NCBI GenBank assembly: GCA_002269645.1 | Contig: NIVC01003638.1 | Coordinates: 1 to 64,000, forward strand | Origin: Macrostomum lignano | Taxonomy: Eukaryota | Direction of reading: 5' to 3' | Length of the DNA: 64,000 bases | Shown here: piece after piece, positions 1 through 12,100 of the stretch | How the letters are laid out: each line of letters begins with the position of its first letter | Numbering within the stretch: position 1 is the first letter of the stretch | Notes under the pieces: model-generated | What the model saw: the letters and a program-made list of their open reading frames with translations, nothing else | The model's database searches: none | Told to the model about the DNA's origin: nothing | Program-made: the position numbers and the translations under genes

Positions 1-197
1 TCTTGACTTTTCCAAGGAACTGTCCATCATGAATCGCTGATGCCTAAAACCGAACTCGTCATCAAACTAATCATCAAACCTTAATTGGCATAACGAAATC
101 GCAATATTACTGAAATTAAACGGGAAATGTGTACTTTACGCTCAGCAACCTCAGTAAAATCATGCTTATTTCCGCACTACACTTTTGCCCATCTCAG

Positions 198-3100
198 TTC
201 ACTCATCTGGCCCAGATCCAGACCCGCGTTGGAAAGGAAAATTTCCCACTGGTTGAGCAGGCATTCTATCCGAAATATCAGGATTTGGTGAGCATTTATT
301 CATCTAATGAGCTTTATCTGTTTGTAATGTTTTCGTTTCATCGCTATTGAGCATTAACAACCCTGAATAGCATTTGGGAATGGTTTTTCCTAAGGATGAA
401 TTGAATAAAATTGAATTGATTGCCACGAAGAAGCTGGCTGGGCGGAATCCGAGTCGGCATAGGGAGCCAAAGTTGCGCTAAACAGCCTTTCGCTGGCTTC
501 CTTCTCCACCCCTCAGTTCTGGTCGGTGCAAGACAGCTCGCAATGGGCCAAGCCGAGACCGGCCCTTCTGGCCTTCAATTGAAAAGGCGGGAAAGATTAT
601 CGGGAAAGCGAGGGTCCAGATAGCCAAAGCCCTCCTCTGTTCCCAGCAGGATTAGCCCAATTCTCCGGCAATCAAGCCCTGCTTCAGGAGGGAGCCGCAT
701 CCAGCTTCCCGTAGGATGGTTGGGAAACAGGCGAGAGATAGGAGTTAGGCTTTCCTCATCCGCGCTTAGATTGCCGCTATCGCGGGCATCGCCCTATTCG
801 TTACCGGGGAGGGGCTACTGGGTCCGGCTGCCTCGTGTACGCCCGCGCCAGGAGAATAGGCTGGCTGGGTAGCAAAGCCCGAGCGGGAAACCGACAGTTC
901 GCACACCGTAAGCGGAAATCTGGAGCCTTACTTGAATACAGATTCGGCTCTCGCCTAAGATTCGAGAGGAGTCCCTGTGCCTCCCTCCTCCCCCCTCACC
1001 CCGAATATGCCTCCTCGATCCGCGCCCCTCGTCAGCTATAGCTACCTTCACAGACAGCCAGAAAGGTTGAAGACGGAGGGAGGAGAGAGCCAGAAGGAAA
1101 GATACACAATGGAAGACCCGCCAGATTTGACCCCCCCTATGGCTGCTGACGCATATGAATCGCTATCTTCAAGCAGTTTCTGTCTCTCTTGTTATGAATA
1201 CTCTATCCCGCTATCCAATCGAGCGAACCAATATAATATAGTAACGGTACCTGGCAACACGCATGAGCCGTGCCCCCCCCGTCAGTACATAGGTCGATAG
1301 ATACAATGGCGCAAGCCTTCCAAGGCGAACGGGGCAGACCTTTAAGAAGGAAAGAAGATGCATGCTATAGGGACGCTGCCAGCAGCGCAGTCTAGTGCAC
1401 GAATACTTGATTTCGTCAGCAGTCTAAACGTGCCAGCGGCTGCCCCACCTGATTGAAAGTACTGCCAGTCATGTGCAGTAAAATTCGCCGCAAATTCAAC
1501 AATGCTTTTAAAAAATCAAACAGCAACACACGGATTTTAATTCTACATTTGCCGAAAACATGAAAAGAAAAACGATTTGTCGCAGTCCCGGCCTTGTAGT
1601 GACTACTTTGTGTATTTTTATCTTTTACTTCTTAAGCGCAGACGGTGAGGAAAAGGATGGCTACAATTTGCAACAGTACGAACGAGAGGTTGCAGAAGCC
1701 ATTGCTTAAAATTGCGAGGTCAAATTGTGCAACTTTTGCTGTTGACAGATGTTTGAATGAAAAAAGTCGAGCACAACAATTAAAAATTGATTCGAACTTG
1801 ATAAGGTCGCTTCGAGAAATGGGATGGCAGTTTCTAGAGACCGTAATGATTTGCTTTATGTAGTAGACAGTAATAAATGAGGTAAATAAGCAGCTGGTGA
1901 AACAGTGAGAAAAGTTAGGCGAAAGAGAAAAAATGTTTCAAATTTAGCAGTACATCTGTAGCGTCGGATGTATTAATGGAATGGGTCAGCGAGTCCGCCG
2001 CAGGTTCAGGTCGAACCCGGGCTGCGTATTTTAGCGATGGACGAAGAAAAGATCTACAGTTGTAAATAGAGAAAAGCTGGCAATTACAGATCTGACAAAA
2101 ACGCACTGAGTCTAGGTCGCTTGCTATGAGCCACATGAGCTTCCGTGATCCGTTTAGATAGCAGAGGTCGCATTATCTAGCAAAGTATCGGGTTGGAGAC
2201 CACAGTATCCTAACATTGCACAGGGTCAGAGAATGCAGTGCTATATCTTACCAAACCTATGTTTTTTAGTTAGTTTTACAGGCAAGGGGGCTGTGTGCAC
2301 CCTGGCGCACTTTAAGCGGCCTTTGTCACACAACTGGCGAGAGGCACACACAGGCACAGGCACACACTCACACAGGAGTGTACCGTGGCACTAACTTTAT
2401 TAATCGTTGTTGGGCATGTACACTTCACTGTGCCTTGGGAGTTGGCCTTCAAGAGCGGTAATTGCACGAGCAGAGCCAAGCCGAGATTCCAATTTAGTCA
2501 CAAATTAATGTGACTGCACTTGGAATCGAGCCTGGGCCGCTGGCACATTAGAGCGCCACTCTTGACTACTATAGGCTACCGCACTCGTGAAGATATACCA
2601 ATATCTTTTTGGAAAAACCTTAAGGCATGGTTTTGACTATCTAAATTACTAGTTACGAACAAAGTTTTCAAGTTTTCACGCTCAGTTAGTTTCACGCGGC
2701 TAACTCAGTGCCACTACACGAAATTTCTTACAAAAGAACACTGTCAAAAAACGGAGGAAAAGTCGGAGCGAAAAAAATGTAAGCAAAAATAGGCAAACAA
2801 GCAGTAGTACGGTACGAGTTTACGAGCAGTGTGGGACTTCTATTTTGATCGCAGCGCTGCTACTGCAAACAGTTTTATAGTCAACCGCTAAAATATTCCC
2901 ACCGACTAACAAAATGAACTGACGATAAAAAGCATTGTTTACAAAGATGTGTATAGCTTTAAAGTACGTACTGCTCAGTATTGAACTAACCCTATTCAAA
3001 AGTCTACGAACTGGTCGATGCGATAAGGCGTGTCCATGTGCTCAGTGCAGCTGTCAGCTTGCGCCCAGTTTCAAACGACAAAAAGACCTATATTTTGCGA

Positions 3101-6100
3101 ACTGTTTGCTATACCAATTATTCGAAAATAAACGATAGCAAATACTACAACGAAGGCGAGCAGTAAAATAAAATGGAACAGGAGATGGCGGTTCAGAGGA
3201 CCATGACCAATATAGCTTGTGAGGTAGCAGATTATTGCTTATGTCTTTAGACATACAGCGCATAGCATGCGGGTAATAAATAAACAGCAGTATAAACAAC
3301 GATTTGAGAGCGGCAAGCAGCCTAGGAACGATGGGTTCATTCCTTGTCGCATCTATGATTAACTATATAGATGATGCAAGGCAAATCTGCTCAGAAAACA
3401 ATGACGCAATCGTAATGCCGATGATTGGTGCATAAAGCAGGTTAACATAGGTTAGCTACAAATTGTCGCCTCTAAACTTCAGGGAGCAGCTGGGGCTAGC
3501 TGATGAGGTGGGAGTGGACGGGAGTCTAGACTGCATCATCATGATTTCCAGCGCCAGATAAATAAATTTACAAGATGCTTGTCTTTTCTATTTCCTGTAA
3601 GTCACTAATCTCGATCATAGGTTTTTGATACTAAAAAATATTAAAAATTCTCAAAACTGTTTATTTAAACCTGATGCATAAAGCTGCGGCTCCCCAACAA
3701 CAGTGGGGATTATATACTTTCTAATCTGGGCGCTAAAAACCAGAACAGTATACAAAAGTTGCTTCGTTCGTTCTTGGCTAGGAAAATTGCAATTCTGTAG
3801 ACCATATGTATTGTATAAAAAATGAGACCTATACTGTATGCTTGCAAAGTCTTTCATATATGACGAAGCTACCGTAAAAATAGGCGCTCGTAATGGGTTT
3901 AGAAAAAGCGATAAGGGAGGGATCAGGCAAGTCAATTTAGTTGATGGGTGACTCTGCAATTCGAGGCATGGCAGAGCCGTTTGCTCGATCGCGAGGTTCG
4001 AAAAACACCTCCGAGATTACGGTTTTGGATAGCTATTGAGTTGTGGCAGTGCTTATCCTCACGGTACCGGAAGAATAAGAACTGTCTTTCTTGACTTGTC
4101 GGGATTAATCAAATAGAATTTTATTCTTATAATTGCTTAACTTCAAATTTTGAGTTGTATAAATAAACTTTACGGAGAATAATTTCGAATCGCCCACGAG
4201 TTTAAGTATAGCATGCTTCACCCCTTGATGCCTTTCCAATTGGCTTCATACATCACATTGTTCTCCTGGCATTTCGTATAGTGACTCAAACTGGTCGTGT
4301 GCCATTCGCAGCGCCTGGCATAGGTGTACGGATTGTAGTGCATGGCGCAGTAGGCGTACCTGGGATAGCAGGCGCTGGGGTCCCTGTCCAGGTTGTACCG
4401 GCAGGTGACCATATCTGTGCTGCCGACCCGGTCTCCAAATGAAGCAATCTGCGTGATTGAAAGTGTGCTGTGCTTTATTTTGCTTTTATCTCATAATATG
4501 AGCTGTTTAGTTTCCTAATAATTTGCTTCCTAATAATCAGTTTCTTAATCATCAGTTTCTTAATCATCAGTTTCTTAATCATCAGTTTCTTAATCATCAG
4601 TTTCTTAATCATCAGTTTCTTAATCATCAGTTTCTTAATCATTAGCTTCTTAATCATCAGTTTCTTAATCATTAGCTTCTTAATCATTAGTTTCTTAATC
4701 ATCAGTTTCTTAATCATTAGCTTCTTAATCATCAGTTTCTTAATCATCAGTTTCTCAATCATCAGTTTCTTAATCATTAGTTTCTTAAGCATTAGTTTCT
4801 TAATCATTAGTTTCTTAATCATTAGCTTCTTAATCATCAGTTTCTTAATCATCAGTTTCTTAATCATCAGTTTCTTAATCATTAGTTTCTTAATAATTAG
4901 CTTCTTAATCATTAGTTTCTTAAGCATTAGTTTCTTAGTCGTGAGTTTCTTAAGCATTAGCTTCTTAATCATTAGCGTCTTAATCATTAGCGTCTTAATC
5001 ATTAGCTGCTTAATCATTAGCTTCTTAAGCATTAGTTTCTTTATCATTAGTTTCCTAATCATTAGTTTCTTAAGCATTAGTTTCTTAGTCGTGAGTTTCT
5101 TAAGCATTAGCTTCTTAATCATTAGCGTCTTAATCATTAGCGTCTTAATCATTAGCTGCTTAATCATTAGCTTCTTAAGCATTAGTTTATTTATCATTAG
5201 TTTCCTAATCATTAGTTTCTTAATCATTAATTTCCCAATCATTGGTTTCTCAGTAATAAATTTCTCAAATCTCAATCATTAGTTTCTTAAGTTTTTGGGG
5301 TGCTCTCAAAAACTAGAACTTTTCTAGTTTCATAAATTACGAAATTTTTTGTTAACTGTATGGCAATGAAGATAATACCAAGCTGAGAAAATTAAAAATA
5401 ATAAGTCAAAGTAGTTGATAGATCGTGTCTGTAAACTTTGTCTGCTAAGTGCTAAACAACAGTCCGTACCATGCACACAGCTATAGCCAAGCCAATAACC
5501 TGAAATTGTTTTCACTCTCAAAGTCGCTCGCTGCAGGACAGACATCCAGTCTCCAAAGCCGGCCATTAGAATGACTTGAAAACTATTGTTATTGTCGCAT
5601 TGATATATGCATCGGATGTATCTATATCGTGCCGCTATCACTGCTCCCTGAATGTCACGCTGAAGTTAAAACGGGGGCAACCGCTGCCGCCAAGTCTAAC
5701 AGTCGAACTCTGCGACCACCGGGTAACGGCGGTACTTCATTCTTATCTGCGGCCCGGCCGGCCTCCCTACTAGTTTAGGTTGCTACCCTCAACCCCCCCC
5801 CACGTACCCAGCTCCTCCTTGAATCTCTTCCTCAGTTTCCGCAGCTTCTGTCTACCTACAGGCAGGGAGTCCGCTATAGCAGATTGGTACTGTTTAGCCT
5901 GTTGCACTGGCTGAGTCATCAATCAGGTTGGGAGGCCTGCTGCCCACAGTAACCCTAAAATTTAGCGTTACAGTCTGGGGAAGGCCTGTTTACACTAGCG
6001 TTAAGCGAAACTGGGGTCGTCTTTCTTTTCTAGAGAAGATATATGCCGCACCGCCGCTCCACTGGGCTGGTTAATCTGACGCTGCAGCCACTGGGCCATT

Positions 6101-9100
6101 GGGACAACTAGGACCCAGTGCCTTCAAGCATTCTGGCTTGCTGCTCTGCTCTTACGGTGCCCCCTGTCTTTATCAGCTCCAATGCTCCATCAAGTTTATA
6201 TTTAGATAGCAGTCCCCATACGCGTACTCCAATATTTACGTCGAAAAAAGTGAAGAATTACTGATTATTACAATAAAAGTACTAAAAGACCTAATAACTG
6301 CATGGCTGCAACTATACTTGTCTGACCGTCTGTGTATATCTGTCTGTCTGGCTTGCAGTGACTGTCTGTCCTTTCACCTGATCCCCCTATACTACTGCCA
6401 ATTAGTATGAATATTTATACTTGTAGCCGAGAACGCTACCGCAAGATATTCATCCGTCTGTAACAGTCTTAAGCCACCAAGGACTGTCCATCAGTCATAA
6501 CCAACTGTCTGCGTGCCAGTGCCACTATACCTGGATACCTGTTCCTCCATTGCCGCTATACCTAGGAGTCACTAGGCCTCTCTGCCCTCTTGTGTCTACT
6601 TTAGAATTTTCTGAAAATAACTTCCTTTCCTTTATCTATCTCTTTTTTACCACCTTCTAATGGAAAGACAGACAGTTAGATTGAGCGAGATCAAGTCGAG
6701 GGCGAGGTGTTTACACTAAAGCAATATGCCGGGTGTCAGTCAATGGGGGGGGAGGGGGGTTGTCCCGCAGTTCCGAAAATGCAGGGCCTATATACAGTAG
6801 ATGGACACGCAGGGCTCTGTTTGCGGTTTTAAGAATCAAGGTTCCGCCCCTAAATAATGCTGGATTAAGCGCGATTCGCTTAATTACTCTTGCCTTTTAG
6901 TGTGCAGGGCACACGCGCATTTCTGCTTTTGGGCCAAATATGTATAAAAATGCCACTGGCTTTGATTCGGCGCCAACCTCCCCCCTCCGTTTTCTTATCG
7001 AACGCACCCAGATAATTTCTCCCTAGATTTCTCCCTCTGCAGCCGGGGGGTGGGGTTACGGTCGAAGCGGAATTATTAGAACAGGATATGGTGGAATGTC
7101 TTAATGAGTGTGAGTGAAGAGAGCGATGGGATTTAGAGGGCTGCGCGAGATATTTTCGCCCGTGTGTGGCCTAAAAAGGCCTTACCTTTTGCAAGGTGTC
7201 AGATGCCAAACTCTTCCCCATTTTTACTTAGCAATATGCAGATTTTCTCTATTCATCCCAATCGCCTAGAACAGCAATTGCCGGTGCAGACAGTGCTTAA
7301 AACAATCACTTTCCCAACTATCCTGCTGCTGGGAAAACATCTTCTTTAACCAACAGCTACAAGCAGTAGTAATCATCTGATTTACATCAAGTCCCTCAGT
7401 GTCATGAAGATACTTTCAAGTCAGAATTTAGCTCAGTGCGATTAGTTTACACATCAAATTGTTATCCTACCTGGCACTTGAGGCAGCTATTTTCATAGAC
7501 ACCGCCTCTCAGATATCTGGATTGAATATTGCTGACAAAGTTGCCTTTAAATGTCTTGGCCGTCACGCGTCTCTGGCGCTTTTTTGGCCAGAATGCGACC
7601 CAGCTGCACTTGGACAGAGCGGGCAGGCCGTAGCTGTTGAAGTTTCCTGGAAATCAGTTGGTTTCGAGCTGCAACACTGCATGACTGATGTGTCTGAGTA
7701 AACTATAAATCGATTGGTGTCGTCCTTGGAGGGTTCTGGGTAATCCCAGTGCAACTTGAGCAATCACCCGACGTTTGTTAATTTCATAGACACAAAAGGA
7801 AAACTCACCAGTGACCAGGTAGCTCTGCTGAATCCTTAGCCGCGTGGTGATCATGGACGCGTTCGGCTGTTTAATGTCGCCCAAGCCGCAGACGTCAGTG
7901 TTGCCATAGAATAGAAATCGAACCAAGCGTCCTTTTTGAAGAGATAGTCGCTAAAATTGAGATTTTGAGAACATTCAGACGAGTACGCTAATGAACACGC
8001 TAGTAGATAAAGGCTTGTACGAATGTTACGCTGCTCTTACCTGTAGCGTGTTGCGAAACACCGACTTGATTAGGACCTGGTAAAGGATTCCACTTTCGCT
8101 GCCGTCGTTTGACTGCCACCAACCGACGCTGCGTCGAATTTTCACCTTGAGCGCTGAAAGAGTTGGGCAATGGAATTTCGGGGCCAACTATAATTGTGTA
8201 GCCACACGCAACATTATGGTTTGGCATCTCGCTGGGCGCGAGAAAGCTTCTGCTCACCGAACTGGCTGGCGCAGAAGGCCTGCTGCGGGTGGTGCGGGTT
8301 GTGCGGCCGGCACAGGCAGCCCGGCCGACCGAAGCTGGAGAACTTGGCCGCCGCTGATAAAGCTGCGGTGGCTGACGAAGCTGACTGCGGCATCGCAGTT
8401 GCAGTGGACAGAGCCGCTGCTGAGAACAGGGCCAGACAGCAGCAGATGCAGCTGAATAGAAGCTGCTGGTGGCCTTGAATTCTACTATTGCTTCGATTGT
8501 TGTCGCTCCTAGAAGCGGAGTTATGCACTGCTACTTGCTTTGATTCAGACAAAAGCAGATGCGGCTGCTGCGGCTGCTCCATCGCTCGTGGCAAGCAACA
8601 TCGTCGCCGGTAACAATTACGGAGTCCGCCGCAAAGGCCGCTGCTGCCGCCGCCGCCGCCGCCGCCGCTGCCGCAGCAGCTGACAAAGTGGCGGCAGCGT
8701 CCGGTCAATGCTGACTGCGCCGCGACGCCTGCCAGGGAGGGCGCTTAATCGAATATTGTTGGGTTGCGGGGCGGGCGTTGGCTCAGGTGAGTCGCGAGAA
8801 TCCCGGCCTTAGGGAAGCCTGTTGAAGGCTCCAAAGTGAAACAATTGAAGAGTATGAGATGCCAGCTGCGCGGAGGCTGGAGCAAGGCGAGCTCGGATGC
8901 AGTGAGAAAGAGATCAGTCCGAATGCGGAGAATGGCGGCGATTTCAACTGAGGGGAATAAAGGAGAAATGGGGAAGAGAGAGAGAAAGGCCTCCCAAAGC
9001 GTGCTGGGGTTCTTGTTTACCAGAACGGGCGGTTGGGGAGGAGAGGGGTGGGAAAGCCCCAACCCCAGTGTCCAGTCCCCAACTCCCAGTTCCCAGTTCC

Positions 9101-12100
9101 CAGTTCCCAGTCAAGCGATTCGCGCAACGGCAACCAAGCCAGCCAACCTCTTGGCCAGCACCTCCCATACCCATATAATCCTCCTGGCCGCCTCCCCCTA
9201 TCCAACTGTCTCTGTTTATGGCGCTCTCTGGCAGCAACTGGCACCATAGATAGAAAAGCTGCACTTTCCTTGATTGGCTCCTAGGCCCTTTACAACCAAT
9301 ATTGTATTCAATTTTGCGTTTGAGGCTGTTTTTTTTATTCAACTGGTCTCAAAATTCAATATTGCTTTGGTTGTACGGACACTGAAACTGGTTGGCAATG
9401 CGCCAGCTGGGTGTGAGTGGGTGCTCAGGCGGAGGGGGCAGAATAAAAATCGATATGAAAAGGGGATAGAATTGAAGAAATACCCCACCCCAACAACCCC
9501 GCGCCCTCTCACTGTGCGGTGACAAAGCTGTTTTTAATGCCGGTCCCCTGTCTGCCCGTTCTTTGACGGGGTCAAGAGCGGCCGCATGCGTGCAGTCATC
9601 CAGGGACCTCTTTTATATTGCACCTAGATTGGAAAGCCCCTATGCTATTGTAAACCTTATGATGCCGTTGACACCACATGTTCTAAAATTAGTTAATGAA
9701 CTGGCTTTTCCTTTACCGGTAAATAATTAATTTGTTTATTCAATGTCCTATTGGCTTACGAAAAAACGAGGACTGAGACTGAATAAGTAGATCGGTGACT
9801 CATTGATTTTATGAATCTATTTTATCCTTCGCTGCTACACACTTTTCAGACACAATCCATAAGCTCCAAAAGAAAGATATGTACTTAAGATAAAAAATAA
9901 ACATAGAATATTAATTTTCTAAACGAAAAGCTTTATGAATATCAATAGAGCTATAAGAAAGGCAAGTCATATCAAACGATCAACACAGGGTCTGTCTCCA
10001 ATAAAAAAAAAACGAATTTTGTGCTGAAAATGAAAACTACGTCTCTTAGAAAATGTTTTTGAGGCTGGTTTTCACTACGGAGATAGGAAGTTTTCTTTTT
10101 CAGCACAAAAATTGTTATTGCTTTCAATAAGAGGCAGAGGCATCATTTTATATATTGTGCCTTTCTTATTGTTCTATCGATATTCATAAAGCTTCTCGTT
10201 CTGAAAGTTAAGATTCTATGTTAATTTTGTATTCTACTTACAGTGGTACATGTCCTGTGCTTAAAAACCATTAAAATTCACGGTTTGGATCTTTGGTTTT
10301 ATGAATCTATAATGACTTTTGTGCTGAATGAATGAAAAGTCTCCCATCTCCTAAGTGTACTATTAGCGAAAACCAGCCTCATAAACATTTTCCAAGAAAT
10401 ATAGTTCCCTCCTCCTACTTGAGTAGTCTTTGATTCATGCACATAAGAACTGCCTTGCTAAGAATTAAATTAACAATAACGCGACTCATAAAAATTGCTT
10501 GATAATTGTTTCCAGAACATGTCTCACGACACCTACCCTCTGGTGATGAAGATCGGCCACGCTCATGGCGGCCTTGGCAAGGTAAGGCGCATCAATCACC
10601 TATACCCGTAGTCCAAATCTCGTAATCACATTTGGTCACAATGCTTTGGTCACAATGCTGACTCTCTCCCGGTGTGTTTTTTCTGAATGATCTACTCAGT
10701 TTTTTGAGACAAATTTCTTCTTGTTCAAGTCGCATTTTGGGTAAAGCGTGCTTCATTTTATACGACTGCTCTATCCTAAACTTAAATACTAAGATTTTTC
10801 TGATAACATTTATATCTAGCTTGCTAGTCTACTGAAAGTAGTCAGAAAAGAATCCGGAAAGTCTATCGTTCCAACTATAAAATTTACTTTTATAGATTCG
10901 CCTCGCCAGACCAGACGAATTGCAGGATCTGTCGGGGGTGGTGGCCGTGGCAAATACTTACGCCACCACCGAGACTTTGGTGGACTCAAAATTCGACATT
11001 CACATACAGAAGATTGGAAATAATTACAAAGCCTTCCTGTGAGTTGCTGAACTGGGAACTGGGGGACTGGGGAACTGGGGAACTGGGAACTGGGGAACTG
11101 AGGGACTGGGAACTGGGGGACTGGGGAACTGGGGAACTGGGAACTGGGGAACTGGGGAACTGGGGAACTGGGGACTGGGGAACTGGGGAACTGGGAACTG
11201 GGGAACTGGGAACTGAGGGACTGGGAACTGGGGGACTGGGAACTGAGGGACTGGGAACTGGGGGACTGGGAACTGAGGGACTGGGAACTGGGGGACTGGG
11301 GAACTGGGGAACTGGTAACTGGGAGACTGGGGGACTGGGGAACTGGGGACTGGGGAACTGGGGAACTGGGAACTGGGGAACTGGGAACTGAGGGACTGGG
11401 AACTGGGGAACTGGGGAACTGGGGAACTGGGGAACTGGGGAACTGGGGAACTGGGGAACTGGGGAACTGGTAACTGGGAGACTGGGGGACTGGGGAACTG
11501 GGGACTGGGGAACTGGGGAACTGGGAACTGGGGAACTGGGAACTGAGGGACTGGGAACTGGGGGACTGGGAACTGAGGGACTGGGAACTGGGGACTGGGG
11601 AACTGGGGAACTGGGGAACTAGGGGACTGGGAACTGGGGGACTGGGGAACTGGGGAACTGGGGGACTGGGAACTGGGGACTGGGAACTGAGGGACTGGGA
11701 ACTGGGGAACTGGGAACTGAGGGACTGGGAACTGGGGACTGGGGAACTGGGGGACTGGGGAACTGGGGAACTGGGGAACTAGGGGACTGGGGAACTGGGG
11801 AACTGGGGGACTGGGAACTGGGGAACTGGGGAACTAGGGGACTGGGAACTGGGGACTGGGGAACTGGGGAACTGGGGGACTGGGAACTGGGGGACTGGGA
11901 ACTGAGGGACTGGGAACTGGGGACTGGGGAACTGGGGAACTGGGGAACTGGGGGACTGGGGAACTGGAGAACTGAGGGACTGGGAACTGGGGGACTGGGG
12001 AACTGGGGAACTGAGGGACTGGGAACTGGGGGACTGGGGAACTGGGGGACTGGGGAACTGGGGAACTGAGGGACTGGGAACTGGGGGACTGGGGAACTGG

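Noticed and set aside
420-1450. GC-rich block with several short ORFs in the synapsin intron
   Set aside because: No recognisable protein motif or consistent splice structure was found; it remains unexplained, possibly a transposon remnant.
5470-5499. Apparent 30-nt minus-strand micro-exon (CAG|VIGLAIAVCM|GTACGG) that could splice to exon 4448-4218
   Set aside because: TIMP exon 4 (ending CLKCQ, phase 0) joins 4448 directly and gives normal TIMP spacing, so a hydrophobic insert there is not needed. It is unsupported without RNA data.
8583-8708. Gly/Cys-rich N-terminal 42 codons of track ORF 8214-8708
   Set aside because: This part starts at TTG rather than ATG and derives from a (GGC)n tract, so it is treated as 5' UTR.
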